From Felis catus (lineage: Eukaryota): 64,000 nt of DNA. The translations under genes and the position numbers were made by a program. Within the stretch, counting starts at the first letter, position 1. Every line of letters begins with the position of its first letter. Location of the stretch: the NCBI RefSeq assembly GCF_018350175.1, contig NC_058373.1, positions 101,868,001-101,932,000 of the forward strand, read 5' to 3'. The notes below the pieces were generated by a model. It searched no databases. It saw only the letters and a list, made by a program, of their open reading frames with translations, and was not told the DNA's origin. Positions 37,510 to 49,950 of the stretch are shown piece after piece.

Positions 37510-37904
37510 ATCTCCTGGATTTCTTAAGAGCCCACAGAATCCCCTTGTGTGGAGGTCAGTGCCACCTCCATTACCCCGGACTGCCTTTCTAGCCAGTTTC
37601 TAGTCTTCACTGGTGGAGTTTGACCTGGAATGAAACTATGTGCTGTAGTTACAAATGAAAGGAAGATCATTGCGATACTTGATTTTTCTTCACATTCTTT
37701 ACATTTGCTAGCCAGCCTGGTATGAGGCAAGAACTCTGAAACTTTGGGTAACAAAAATTATATTCCACTTAAACTGCCTGCTTCTACAGTCTCATAGCAC
37801 AGCTTGGAACCTTCGCATTTCTTTTATTAGTCTCAATTGATTTTTCTGATAATGAAAACCATACATTAAAAAAAATTTGGTACTGTAGGTCATCAAAAAG
37901 TAAA

Positions 37905-38150
37905 TTAACAGTAATAGCACACAACTGCATATTGTTTACTACATGCTGGGTACTGTTCAACACCTTTTACATAAATATCAACTCATTTAATCCTTATAAC
38001 CTCTCCGATGTGGGTATTATTGTTATCGCCATTTGACAGATGAGGAAAATTGAGGCACAGAGAGGCTAAGTAACTTGCCCAGTGTCACAGACCAACAAAG
38101 TGGATGAATTGGGGTTTGAACCCAGGCAGTCAGGCTATGAAGTTTGGCTC
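37905..38150 (-). mobile_element. MIR SINE, near full length
   Basis: actcatttaatcct...acagatgaggaaaattgaggcacagagaggctaagtaacttgccc...tttgaacccaggcagtc. Confidence 0.88.
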
Positions 38151-39099
38151 TGGACTTGAGGACGCATGCCAGTCCCTCTTAATCCTATCCTCGGAGATTG
38201 GCTCAGTTACTAGCTAGTAGACCCTTGTTTGACTCTGAAGTTGTCCCTACGTGGGCCAGCCTCCCTTGAATCAGGGTTCTCCACAGCACACAGATGTAAG
38301 ACTCTGCCCAAATTGCACCCCAGGTGCACTGGCTTTGCACTGACCCATCTATTTCAATATTAGCCCTTGGCATTCTGTGTCACTATTCTTGGTTGACAAG
38401 TTTGCCTCCCCTTCCCAATCACAAATTCCTTGGGGACAAGGGTCTTCTTTATCCCTCTTTCCTGGCACCTGGAAAGAACACTGTGTGGCTCAAAAAGTCA
38501 CCGAAACTTGGGAGATGGCAATTTCCTGGCATCCGTTCAGCTGCCATTCTCCCGTGGCAGAGTGTCTCTGTTAGATAATGGCTGTCTCTTGCTAAGGCCA
38601 GATGTGGCCTCCAAATCCTCCTCAATATGCCCCTCAAGGCAGCCGCTATAATTCAATAAGAGATGGCATGTGAACTGAAGCCTGTCTGCCCGCCTTGCCA
38701 TAAATGTTTGCTGAACAGTAGGAACTTAATAAATTCCTGGGCTCACTAGGCAGATGTTCACGAAGTTAATGAATTTCCAAAATAAACGAGAAGACGTCTT
38801 TGGGAATTCACTAAGTATTTGGTGATAATATTGGTCATTTAGCCTTCTGTCATAATCCTCATAGTGACATTTGTTGTTGCTCTTGCTTTTTTTGTGTGTG
38901 ACTTATTTTACCAACTAGGTCTCAGTACTAACAGACTCTTAATAACATACTGTGATCTTGATTGTGGCGGCAGTTATATGAATTTATTCATGTGAGCAAT
39001 GCCCTAGGGTTGTGCACAAATTCATACGCCCTCCCCACCCCACCCCCCCCAAAATCAGCATATGATCAGATCTGCTGAGATCTGAGTAAGGTCTACCAT

Positions 39100-39265
39100 A
39101 GTCTCATTAATTGTATCATGTTAATGTCGAGTTTCTGATTTTGATACTGCCCTATAGTTAGATAAAATGTCACCTTCGGGGGAACTGGGAGATGGGTACA
39201 TGAGACCTCTCTAGTATTTTTGCTGTTTCTTGTAAATCTATCGTTGCTTGAACATTAAAAGTTAG
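39100..39265 (+). mobile_element. Old L1 (L1MC/ME-like) 3' fragment
   Basis: ttctgattttgatactg...ggggaactggg...gggtacatgagacctctct...tatttttgc. Confidence 0.6.
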
Positions 39266-39605
39266 AAAACAAAAACCAGTGAGGCATCCAGTGCCTGGAT
39301 ATTTCTTGGGCTTTCTTTGGTCCTTGTTATTTGGCCTTCTGGGAATGTGGAGGGTCCGTCCATTTATGGGAAAGATGGTTACTAGGTGCCATGGAACCAA
39401 TACCTGAAACAAAACTACTCCAGCAGGAAAGATGAGGAGCAAGGGTCGTGGATCTCAGGGCAAGTGGCTCCTTTGGAGAGCCCTGACCTGCCAGTTGGAA
39501 AAACCCCCCCAAGTTCATCAACTGACCCCTTTAGCCAGGGCCAGCTCCTTCAGAGATACCTGTTTGGTTCAAGAAGTCCTTTGCCCACTGCCCTTCACTT
39601 TTCTT

Positions 39606-39915
39606 TTTTTCTCCTTTTTATTTTTTTTAATGTTTATTTATTTTTGAGAGAGAGAGAGAGAGAGAGCACAAGCAGGGGAGGGGCAGAGAGAGAGAGACAG
39701 AATCTGAAGCAGGCTCCAGGCTCCGAGCTATCAGCACAGAGCCTGACACAGGGCTTGAACTCACAAACCGTGAGATCATGACCTGAACCGAAGTCGGATG
39801 CTTAACTTACTCTCCCCCCCACCCCCGTGAGAGCCTCTGCAGGCTAAAACTCTCGGAGTACTGATTGGCGGGCAGGTGCAAATGATCTCACAGTTCAGGA
39901 GTTTTAGCCTGCGGA

Positions 39916-39966
<51 letters not shown>

Positions 39967-39986
39967 CTAAGCCACCCAGGCACCCC
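39606..39986 (-). mobile_element. Can-SINE interrupted by a ~158-bp insert
   Basis: Body 39606-39806, head resumes at 39965 (gactaagccacccaggcacccc); TSD cccttcacttttctt / cccttcacattttctt. Confidence 0.9.
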
Positions 39987-42365
39987 AACCCTTCACATTT
40001 TCTTACAAGACCAACAGCCACTTCAAACTCATTCCAGTCAGTCTGCAAAAAACTAAGAGAACCCAGATATTCAAGGGAAAGAGAGACACCATTCAGCTTC
40101 AGGTAGCCCTGACAAGAAGAGAGGTCTTGTGAGTGGCCTCTTGGAAACTGAAACGGAAGGGCAAGGCCTGCAGACCCTGATTCTTTTTTGCAGGCGGCAG
40201 GTCTCCCCCATCCCAAGCCTCTGGTGTCATTGGGAGTTCCTTTTAGATCTTCATGGAATTATTTTGTCTTTTACCAGCAGACTTTCTGGGTGGAAAATTT
40301 CCTTCTCCCCCAAATCCAGCCAACCTGGCATGTAACTGAAAAATTCCATTATTTCCTTAACCCCTCATTTGCTCTTCAAAGAGGTAACTCTAGTTGCTTT
40401 GCTTCCTTTGAGACGCATTTGTAACAGCTGGCATGAGATATTTTTAGCTTCAGCTTCCTTCCCCTTCAGGGGAAACTTTTTTAAGCGTGGCCCTGGCCTT
40501 CCTGATACTACAGTGTGAAGGTGGCTCAGCGAGATCTCAGAGGACCTGATATGGCCACTACCTAATCCTCCCTTTCCAAGAGTCCAGAGTTTTTACAGGA
40601 CTGTGCTCTTCTTCACCACGCTTCGTGTTTGGTTTTGGGGGCGTGGGGAAGAACAATCGAAAAAACACCATAGTAAGCAGGAAGTCTGCTCATTTATTTT
40701 GAGTCAGCAGAGATCCGACTGCTTGGGAAAAGTCAAAGACCTCAGGAGCCATGCGCCTTGGGTCATGAGGCTGTGCCATCCGTCCCCTATCCAGGAGGAT
40801 TTTTTTAGACCCTAATGACAGTGAGCGTTGTTAATAAACACTAGATGAGTGCCAGAGGAAGGCGGTTGTCTTCTGATTCTCTGTTGTAATTGAAAAATAG
40901 GATGGATTCTGGCTGGAATAAAGGACTTAGATTGGACTAGCCCAGAAGAGGGAAGGAAGGAGGAAGAAATGAATAACATGGCTTCTTTAGGACTTTTTGA
41001 GCCCTGTACTCTTATGATTTCTATTATTTCACAAGATTCAAAGTCATAGTCTAATAGCGGCTACTCCACACACACACACACACACACGCACGCGCACAAT
41101 TGGACAAAAAAAAACTTTTAATCTTGTAGTTATTTTTTTTTCTTTTCTCACTTTTAAGATTTCCAGGGACAAACTCAGGTTACCTTAAAGAAAGACATCA
41201 TGATGTAGCATATCTGTATCTACATATGTATATCTACATATCCATACCTATATATATCTGTGTGTGTATATGTATGTATGTATATACTTTGACATCTTTA
41301 ATATCAAGCAAATTAAACCCTTGAATTTCATGGTTTCAAGTGAGGGTAAATCTTAGTGGCAGTGATTACTGTCAATTTGGGGTATATTTTGTAACTCTTA
41401 AACACTGCACATATCATTCCTGCCACCCCCATTCTCAGCATTCTATTAGATAAAGTATGGTATCTGAGTATAGGAAATCTCAGAAAGTCGATTAAGAGAA
41501 GGATATGGAGATGGAGAAGCAAGGAAGACAGGGAGTTCCAAAATCTGGAAAATGCTGTATAAGATTTTTGTGGATCAGAGAAAGGCTGAAACTCCTAACG
41601 TACCCTCGAGTAATCATTCTTTGCCAAAAGTCTGGGCCATTTCCATAGATGAATTCCACGGCTAGAATTAGAGAAACCAATGGGAGCACAGGGTTTGCTT
41701 TAGAGATTTGTTTCACAGCCAACCTTGCTGAGATGCACCCTTTCAGGAAAGCCCAGCAAATCCATATGGAGCTAAAAGATGCATAGCAGATTATTTTATA
41801 CTTCAGTCTTCTGCCTCACACAGGAAATGATAAGGCCAAGGGCATGTTAGATATTCAGTATGGGAGAATAAATGATGAGGCAGTTTTCCATCAAGATCAA
41901 GAACAGATGCTTTGGTTTTCAATTGCAGCTCACCCATGATTAAATGCGTGGTGATGGACAAGTTACTTGACCTCTAAAGCTCCTTTCTTCATCTATGAAA
42001 TGGGAATAAGTTTCAGTGGGGGACCTCTTAACTGACTTGATCAGGATATGGTGATTGTCATGACTGTTGAAAGCAAGAAATCATAAAAAAGGAATAAGAC
42101 CGTAAATATTAAAGTGTGAAGATGTACATTCATATGCTGTTTTTGTATAGCATGGTGGACCTTTCTTTGAGGATACGGGTCCTGACTCTGGCTGCTGTAT
42201 GTCTTCCCTGCATAATTCACACCCTTGATGCACTATTGTCTGTGATTTCTTCAAAATGGAGCAAGAGTTTGTAACCATTTTCAAAAAAAATCAGAGCACA
42301 GAATCTTTCTAGTTTTTTTTCTTTTTATCATTTAGCTTATAGTTTTTCTGAATTCAACACTAGGT

Positions 42366-42584
42366 TTTTTTTAATGTTTATTTATTGATTGATTCTGACA
42401 GAGAGGCAGACAGACAGACACAGTAGGGGAGGGGCAGAAAGAGAAAGAGAGAGAGAATCCCAAGCAGGCTCTCCGCTATCAGCACAGAGCCCAACACGGG
42501 GCTGGAACTCATGAATCGTGAGATCATGACCTGAGCCAAAATTAAGAGGCAGACGCTTAATTGACTGAGTCACCCAGCAGTCCC
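42366..42584 (-). mobile_element. Can-SINE (older subtype)
   Basis: gagagaatcccaagcaggctc variant; TSD tcaacactag. Confidence 0.9.
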
Positions 42585-42685
42585 TCAACACTAGATTTTT
42601 AAGCAAAATGACTGTTTATTTCTAAAGCATGTAACAAAGTTTTTGTGCGATTAACTTTTTTATAATTCATATGTCATCATTCGTT

Positions 42686-42902
42686 TTTTTTTAATTTTTA
42701 AAAGATTTTTTAAAGTTTATTTATTTATATATTTATTTTGAGAGAAAGAGAGAACAAGGAGGGGCAAAGAGGGAGGGAGGCAGAGGATCCAAAGCGGGCT
42801 CCATGCTCAGAGTAGAGAGCCCAATGTGGGGCTCAAACTCACAAACCGTGAGATCATGACCTGAGTGAGACCAGACACTTAACTGAGCCACCCAGGAGCC
42901 CC
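42686..42902 (-). mobile_element. Can-SINE
   Basis: TSD tgtcatcatt(c/t)gtt. Confidence 0.9.
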
Positions 42903-44251
42903 TGTCATCATTTGTTATACCTTTTCAAATGTTACACTTACAGTAAGTACAACCAGCATAAATGGGTCTGGGAACAAGTTCAGTGGACAATGTTCAATGG
43001 TACACCTGCAAGTCCACTGGTGGGTGCAGAAGTGCACAATTGAATTTCAGTCCTTGAAGAGCTAGTGCACGATGGGCATCAAGGAAGTAGTCTAAAGGGA
43101 AAAGAGAGTACTGGTTGGTCCAGCAACTTAAAGTGAAGCTGAGTTGAGAGCTTCTTAGAGTTGTTACAAGGATTTAATGAGAAATGTATGTCAAGCAGTT
43201 GCCAATAGGAGATGCTCAACCATCACTAGCCCTCATCCTTATTATTTCTGCACTGGTTGTTAATGCTGACATAGTAAGAGTGACTTCTTTCACCAGCCCA
43301 CGCTCTGCAGTAAATGAGGGTGAAATAGGCTCCCTGGGGCAGCCCTATGACAAAGCTACTCCTATATGCTAACCTGAAATCGAGATACTTTGACTCAGCT
43401 CCATAAAGAGCCAGACTTCCACAAAATCAGTATTCCCATCAGGGTTGTTCCAAATGATATATCTTATCAAATGACTTAAAATGGACCAGAAACAAAACAA
43501 AACAAAACAAAACAAACAAAAAAAAACCAGAGTAGAGCAGTAACAATTTGTCGTTGCTCTTTGGGATTTATTGCTAACAGGAATGATTTTTTTTAGTTAG
43601 TGATAAGTGTAAGGATATCATTCAAATTTATAAAAATGATCCTTAATTAACAGAATTGGATTGAACAGAGATATAATGAGGCTGTGCACACAGACACAGG
43701 CCAGGGAAGTGTGACCAGTCCCCAGAGTTCAAAATGTTTGGAAGAAAAAGAACGTACCTTGGTGAAAAGAGAAGTGGATTAGAAAAGTCACTCCACTTCT
43801 AGCTTAGTGTGTGACCTTGCACTCATGGGGACTCCCACTTCTCCATGGAGGCATGAGGTTGGATGACCCCTAAGGAGCCTTCTTAGTGCTCTCAGCCTGT
43901 GCTTCTAAGGCAGAAGCTGATGAGTATACAGTGCTGCTACCTTGCAATGAGCAGGAGAAGGAGGGCGCAATGCCAGCAGATGTACTGGACTGATGTAGGA
44001 GAAGGGGCACCTGCCGAAGCTCCCGGTGGGGGAGGGGTCCCCTGATATACTCGGCACTAGTTACACGCTCCGTGAGAATCGGATATGATTTTGGTCCCCA
44101 TGATTGTTGAAAGAATGTGAACACCTACAATTACTGCTAACTGGAATGTGGACCTGGAAAGTCTGGCAGACCAGGCTTGCAGGGAACCACTTCTCACTCT
44201 ATCTTTTAAAGTGAGTACCATGTTAGTGCCATGTGTCACCTATTAAAAATT

Positions 44252-44307
<56 letters not shown>
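44252..44307. repeat. (TA)n(GA)n compound microsatellite
   Basis: Direct reading. Confidence 0.92.
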
Positions 44308-44948
44308 TAATGAAAAAGATATGAAGATGTTAGTGAAGAAAGAGAGAGAAGAAAGATCTCCTAAAAGAAAAGACAGGGTGATTTAGCCTAGAGTAGTAAT
44401 AATGCTAAATAAGGAGTGATTGGATCATTTAGAAGGATATTAAAGTATATTAATGGGAAGGGCACTATCCTGAGTTCCTTGACCTCTGCCATATAGAAAG
44501 AAAAGAAAATTGGCAACAGTTACAGGTCAAGATGTTGGTGATGATAAAACACTCCAGAGCATGTCACAATTACAAATGTGGATTCGCTATCCTTTCTGAG
44601 TTCAAGAAAATACGTCAGAGGATCAACAGTTTCAGTTGCCTGGAGCCTGCATCACAGGCGATCTGAGAGCCACTCTTGTTCTATGGTTGTGGCATCATCG
44701 TGGTGAGATTCTTCTGGAGGAAAAGTGGACTGTGTGAAGGTTCTTTTGTTTTCAAAGATCTGATAAACATTCGATGTGTCACTGGTCTTATTTCTGTGCT
44801 ATTAAGTCAAACAGAGGGAGCAGGGACATGAGGCTTGGGGCTCTGTCAAAAGCTACTATTCATTTTGGATTAAAACATACATACACACACACACACACAA
44901 CAACAACAACAATTTTTGCTATACCCAAGTCAAAATATAGACATGCAT

Positions 44949-45166
44949 GGGGAGCCTGGGTGGCTCCATCGATTAAGCGTCCAACTTCAGCTCAGATCAT
45001 GATCTCATGGTTCGTGGGTTCTAGTCCCGCATTGGGCTCTGTGCTGACAGCTCAGAGCCTGGAGCCTGCTTTGGATTCTGTGTCTCCCTCTCTTTCTCCC
45101 TCCCCTGCTCATGCTCACTTGCTCTCTCTCTCTCAAAAATAAACATTAAAAAAAAAATATATATAT
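44949..45166 (+). mobile_element. Can-SINE
   Basis: TSD atatagacatgca. Confidence 0.93.
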
Positions 45167-45327
45167 ATATAGACATGCACCCCTCAGTGCCAGTTTCCTG
45201 AGGAGCAGCCTCTGAGTGGTGTCCATGGATGGCGATAACACCCAACATGATCTTTCAGAGTCCAGAAGTTCGGCTTCTTAGCAGAAGAGGGTTGGTAGTG
45301 GCAACGATTAAGACACTGAGCATACTT

Positions 45328-45512
45328 GGGATGCCTGGGTGGCTCAGTCAGTTGAGCATCCGACTCTTGGTTTCAGCTCAGGTCATGATCCCAGAGGTGG
45401 GGGGATCAAGCCCTGCATTGGACTCCTCACTGAGCATGGAACCTGCTTGAGATTCTCTCTCTCCCTATGCCCCTCTCCCCCACTCACGCTCTGTCTAAAA
45501 TAATTTTTTAAA
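45328..45512 (+). mobile_element. Can-SINE (older subtype)
   Basis: TSD aagacactgagcata. Confidence 0.9.
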
Positions 45513-47954
45513 AAGACACTGAGCATAGTGTGCTAATCTTGCTAGCATCAAGATGAAGCATAAAGGAGAGCATATAATATAGACTAGTTTCATTTGGTGG
45601 CTATATTTTTAAAAGTTGCTTGAAATGATCTTTATTTGAATCAAGCCATTTTTCCATTGACTAGAACTATGATTTGGGGCATGCATTATCTTGGTTTCTA
45701 ATTAATCTTCATTGGCAGGAGGTCTTAAAATTAGGCTAAGGTCCTCAGTTCCTGAGAGTTTCTATCAAAGTCAATAATCTATAAAGCATTGTAAGATAAC
45801 AAATTATTGAAAGGATTTCATTGGGTGATTTTTTTTTTTTGCAATGTGTATAATAGTCCTCTGATTAGTAAATTGGAACTCCTTAGGTGGCTTTAACAAG
45901 TCCCATCTCTGTGGCATTGAATGGACAGAGCAGGTGGTACCTAAACCCCACCTCAGGCTGCATTTCTGAATGTGGAGATTGCAGTCTTCCCGACTACTTT
46001 CAGGAATGGGAGAGACAGCTTGCTGAGGAGAGATGTTGATGAGAAGGCTTGGCTAGAGTAATGCCTGGGTCTGTATCCACTGGGTGCAAAGGGAGAATGT
46101 TCAAGACTGCAGCATGCTTGGGAAGTTGGAAGAGTTTGGGGGTAGTCATCAGGCCTCAGGGAGTTATGTTGTGAGAAAGGGAATTACTCACACATGTTCA
46201 TCATTATCCAAGAAATCATTCTGTGCCTGTGATATTGTTATTAACTCTGCTAGTTTAGCAGGATAATTTAAATATCCCAACTGAATGTTCTACCTAAGTA
46301 TCATTCGAAAAGCCAGAGCTCCCCGCAAGTACAATAATGGCGTCTTTGGGTAACTATGACCACATGTGTACATTTCTTTACTTTTGGCAACTAGCTCCAA
46401 ATTCACCTGGAATCTCAAAAAACTGTGTGCTCAGCCCCAGAGTCGGGGTTTTTGATTCCCCAAAGCGCCTCTACTTTGGGTATGAGGCTGACAACGTGAT
46501 TGAGGCCAGCCAGTCCCTAAGTCTGGATCTGAGCTGCAGACCCTAAATTCAAGGTAAGTCTTAGGTGCATAGCTCACTGTCGCTGAGGAATAAGTATTGT
46601 CAATAATCAGAGAGGGTAGATGTGTGGCTTGAAGCCTTTCTTTTCAATCTGTGAGATTTGTGAAAAAGAATTGAAAGCTTTGTACGGTCACAGTTCTCTC
46701 CCTAATTTTCTGTTGGTGATCTCTCTCTCTCTAGCTAGAGACAGCTGCATAATTTTTATTTGCTTTTAGAGTTATTCTCTTGCTCCTCTTCCCCAGCCTC
46801 TCAATCTGTATGCAGTTCTGAGAGCAGGCTAATTATGGGGTACTGGAGAAGCAGTTGCTCGGAGAAAAGCTCTTTAAGCATTCGACCAGGACGGCTTGAT
46901 GCCGAGGTCACGCTCGTGACCCTCTCCTCATTCACGTCCACACGTCTGCATGGGAGCCGCCTTCCATCTTTGTGCAGTTGCAAGAACAAACTTTTTAGAA
47001 AGGTCAACACAAGAAATAAGTGCTTTTTCCAAAAGGACAGAGCAAGTAGAGGATTTCACGTTTACTTCTTGGGTCTTCACTCTGGAAAAATAGCCACAAA
47101 GTGGCCAAGAGAAAAGATATGCTCCTCTCCTTGACCAAGGCTTGGGATTTTTGGCTCCTCCTGCAATGGCTTAGGAGCAAGACGCTTTATACAGTCAGTG
47201 GTCGAATCCTCAAACTGTTGTGACTCTAAGCAAAAAGGCTGCTAAGATTCCTTGGCCCAGGAGATTGCTTTTGCTTGCAAGTTATTGTTTTCAACTCCAC
47301 TTCATCTCAATGAGTAAATGGTTTACTTCCAGAGACACTAACCCTGTGAGACACTCTGCCACCCTAGCTGGTATGGACTGAGAGAAACAAAGCACTTGCA
47401 AGGATAGTTCGTTAAGAATCCTGACTTGGTGGGGGGGAAAAGAATCCTGACTTTGGAGAAGAAGGGTACAGAGGAACACTTTCCCCTCTGCCTCTCCCTT
47501 TTTTAGACCAGCTTAGACTCAGCCCCTTGGAATCATCCAGATTGGCAAAGATTTGAATGGACCCTTGACTGAGCTGCTGGAACTCTAGGAAAAACCTGCT
47601 TGATACCCAAATTTCTCTTCAACCTAACGAATCCGTAGAATCCCAATGCCAGGACTACCCAATTGGAACTTTAGTGGAATTTCTACCTCAGACCAATTTA
47701 TGATGATCGTGAGGAATCCCACTGGGAATCCTATCTCTGGGCCCATCATAGAGTGGCACTGGGGGTCTTCCTTCAGTGCTGGAGAAGTTTGATTCTAGGA
47801 TTGAAGGGAGAGTTGGGGCAGATGACCCCACACTTCTCAACATTCCCTCCTTGCTTATACTCTCGTTAACTCAAGAACATGTGCTGGGGGCACAGATCTA
47901 GCAGGGTCACTAATATACTAAGTGGCAGAATCAGAGTCCAGAAAGATCTCAGAC

Positions 47955-48360
47955 AATATCAAGTTGTGGTTCAGAGCACATGTTTTGAAGTCAGACCAAC
48001 CTGGGTTTCAATCCCATTTCCACTGATTACTAGCTGTGTGACCTTGGAGAAATGCCTTAGCCTCTCTTGGCCTTGATTTCCTTATATTAAAAAGAGGGGA
48101 ATAGAGGTGCCTGGGTGGCTCAGTTGGTTAAGCGTCTGACTTCAGCTCAGGTCATGATCTCGCAGTCAGCGAGTTCAAGCCCTGCGTCGGGCTCTGTGCC
48201 GACAGCTCAGAGCCTGGAGCCTGCTTCAGATTCTGTGTCTCCCTCACTCTCTGCCCCTCCTCTGCTCATGCTCTGTCTCTCTATGTCTCAAAAATAAATA
48301 GAAACATTAAAAAAAAAAATTTTTAAAGAGGGGAATAATCGCCACCCCATGAGTGATTGT
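47955..48360 (+). mobile_element. MIR interrupted by a Can-SINE
   Basis: cctgggtttcaatccc...ttactagctgtgtgaccttgg; resumes after the SINE. Confidence 0.75.
48104..48324 (+). mobile_element. Can-SINE
   Basis: TSD aaagaggggaata at 48091-48103 and 48325-48337. Confidence 0.95.
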
Positions 48361-48369
48361 GAAAGTCCT

Positions 48370-49730
48370 CTTGGTGTTTTTTCTTGAAGATACCCTTACT
48401 GGAGGCTTCTACTCTCCTATTTCAGTCCTACTCCACAAACTTGTTCTCCTTCAGTTCTAGGAAATTTTCTCAAATTTTAAAAATATTTTCCTCTCATTCA
48501 TTTTCTGTCTTTTCTTTTTTAGGAACTCCTTTTAATCACATACTAGCTCTTCTCTAATGATCTTGTAATTTCCTTAACTTTTCCATTCCTATTTCCAATT
48601 TTTTGTCCTACTTTCTAGGTGATTTCTTTTTTTTTTTTTTAATTTTTTTTCAACGTTTATTTATTTTTTGGGACAGAGAGAGACAGAGCATGAACAGGGG
48701 AGGGGCAGAGAGAGAGGGAGACACAGAATCGGAAACAGGCTCCAGGCTCTGAGCCATCAGCCCAGAGCCTGACGCGGGGCTCGAACTCCCGGACCGCGAG
48801 ATTGTGACCTGGCTGAAGTCGGACGCTTAACCGACTGCGCCACCCAGGCGCCCCTTTCTAGGTGATTTCTACAACTTTATCTTCCAAACCTATTATACAA
48901 TTTTTAGTCTCTATCATATTTGCAAATTGCAAGAGTTCTTTCTTGTTCTTTGAATGTTCCTTTTTCTGTTGCATTCTGTTCTTATTTCATGGATGCAAAA
49001 TCTTTGCTAATAGCTCTGAAGACATTACAGTTGAGTTTTGGAGTCTTTCTTTGCTCCCAACATAGTGCTTCCTTAGAGTTTCTTTTTCTGTTTGTTTTGA
49101 ACCCTGTCTCTCAAGCAAGAGTCCTTTCACCTAATGGGAAGGCACCAGAACCTTATATGTGTGAATTTTACCACAGAGAGATCGGGTAGGGATGTGGCCT
49201 GGCTGCTTTCGTTGAGGGCTCACGCAGTATACCAGCTGTACTTCCTGCTCATGGATCAGTCCATTTCCCCTAGAATCCTTGTCTCCTCCTGGAAGATTCA
49301 GGCCTGGCTGCCAGAGTTCTGGGGGCTGTTAGGAGAATGGTGCTAAGATGCTTAGTTTTATGGGATTGGGGAGAGAATCTAAGGGTCTCCTTGTGCCTTA
49401 GACATACTTTCTACCAAACCTCCTATTTTGGCCCCCTCCCTGCCTTCAGAAGTACCTGGTGACTGAATCCCCAACTTCTTGGGACTTCTGCGGCATGAGT
49501 GGTCATACTCCCCCCTCCTGTGGACATACATGTCCTCTTTCTTTGGTCTGCTGAGTCAGTTATCCCATATCCTTCTGTTTCCAGCTTCCAAAATGACTTC
49601 AGTGGACTGGTGATACCCACTGTCTTCTGCTGTCCTCTCTCCCGAATTCTTTTCCTTATGGGTTTATGCATTTGCTGTCATTTTAGTGAGTTTCCAGAAG
49701 GAATAGAGGAACATCTGCATAAATTAGAAG
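48370..49730 (-). mobile_element. Old L1 (L1M-like) fragments
   Basis: T-rich: cttcagttctaggaaattttct...tttttaggaactcct...tcttatttcatggatgcaa. Confidence 0.6.
48628..48853 (-). mobile_element. Young Can-SINE
   Basis: 17-bp TSD ctttctaggtgatttct at 48611-48627 and 48854-48870. Confidence 0.96.
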
Positions 49731-49734
49731 TCTA

Positions 49735-49950
49735 TTTTAATTTGCTTACTTGTTTAAGATCTATCTCCTCCACTTGAATATAAAACCCAAGAAGTCAGGG
49801 GCCTGGTCTTGTTCGTTGCAGTATTCCTGTTGTCCAAAACACCACCTGACACAGCATAGATGTTGAATAAATACTTATTGAATGAATAATACTTACTTAT
49901 ACTTACTTATACTAATACATACTTATTGTATGAATGAATGAATGACATAT
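49735..49950 (+). mobile_element. L2 3' end
   Basis: cctgacacagcatagatgttgaataaatacttattgaatgaat. Confidence 0.75.

Noticed and set aside
5285..49431. Scattered perfect CArG boxes (5285, 15163, 31761, 39360, 49422)
   Set aside because: Roughly five are expected by chance in 64 kb at this base composition; only the one clustered with E-boxes was kept.
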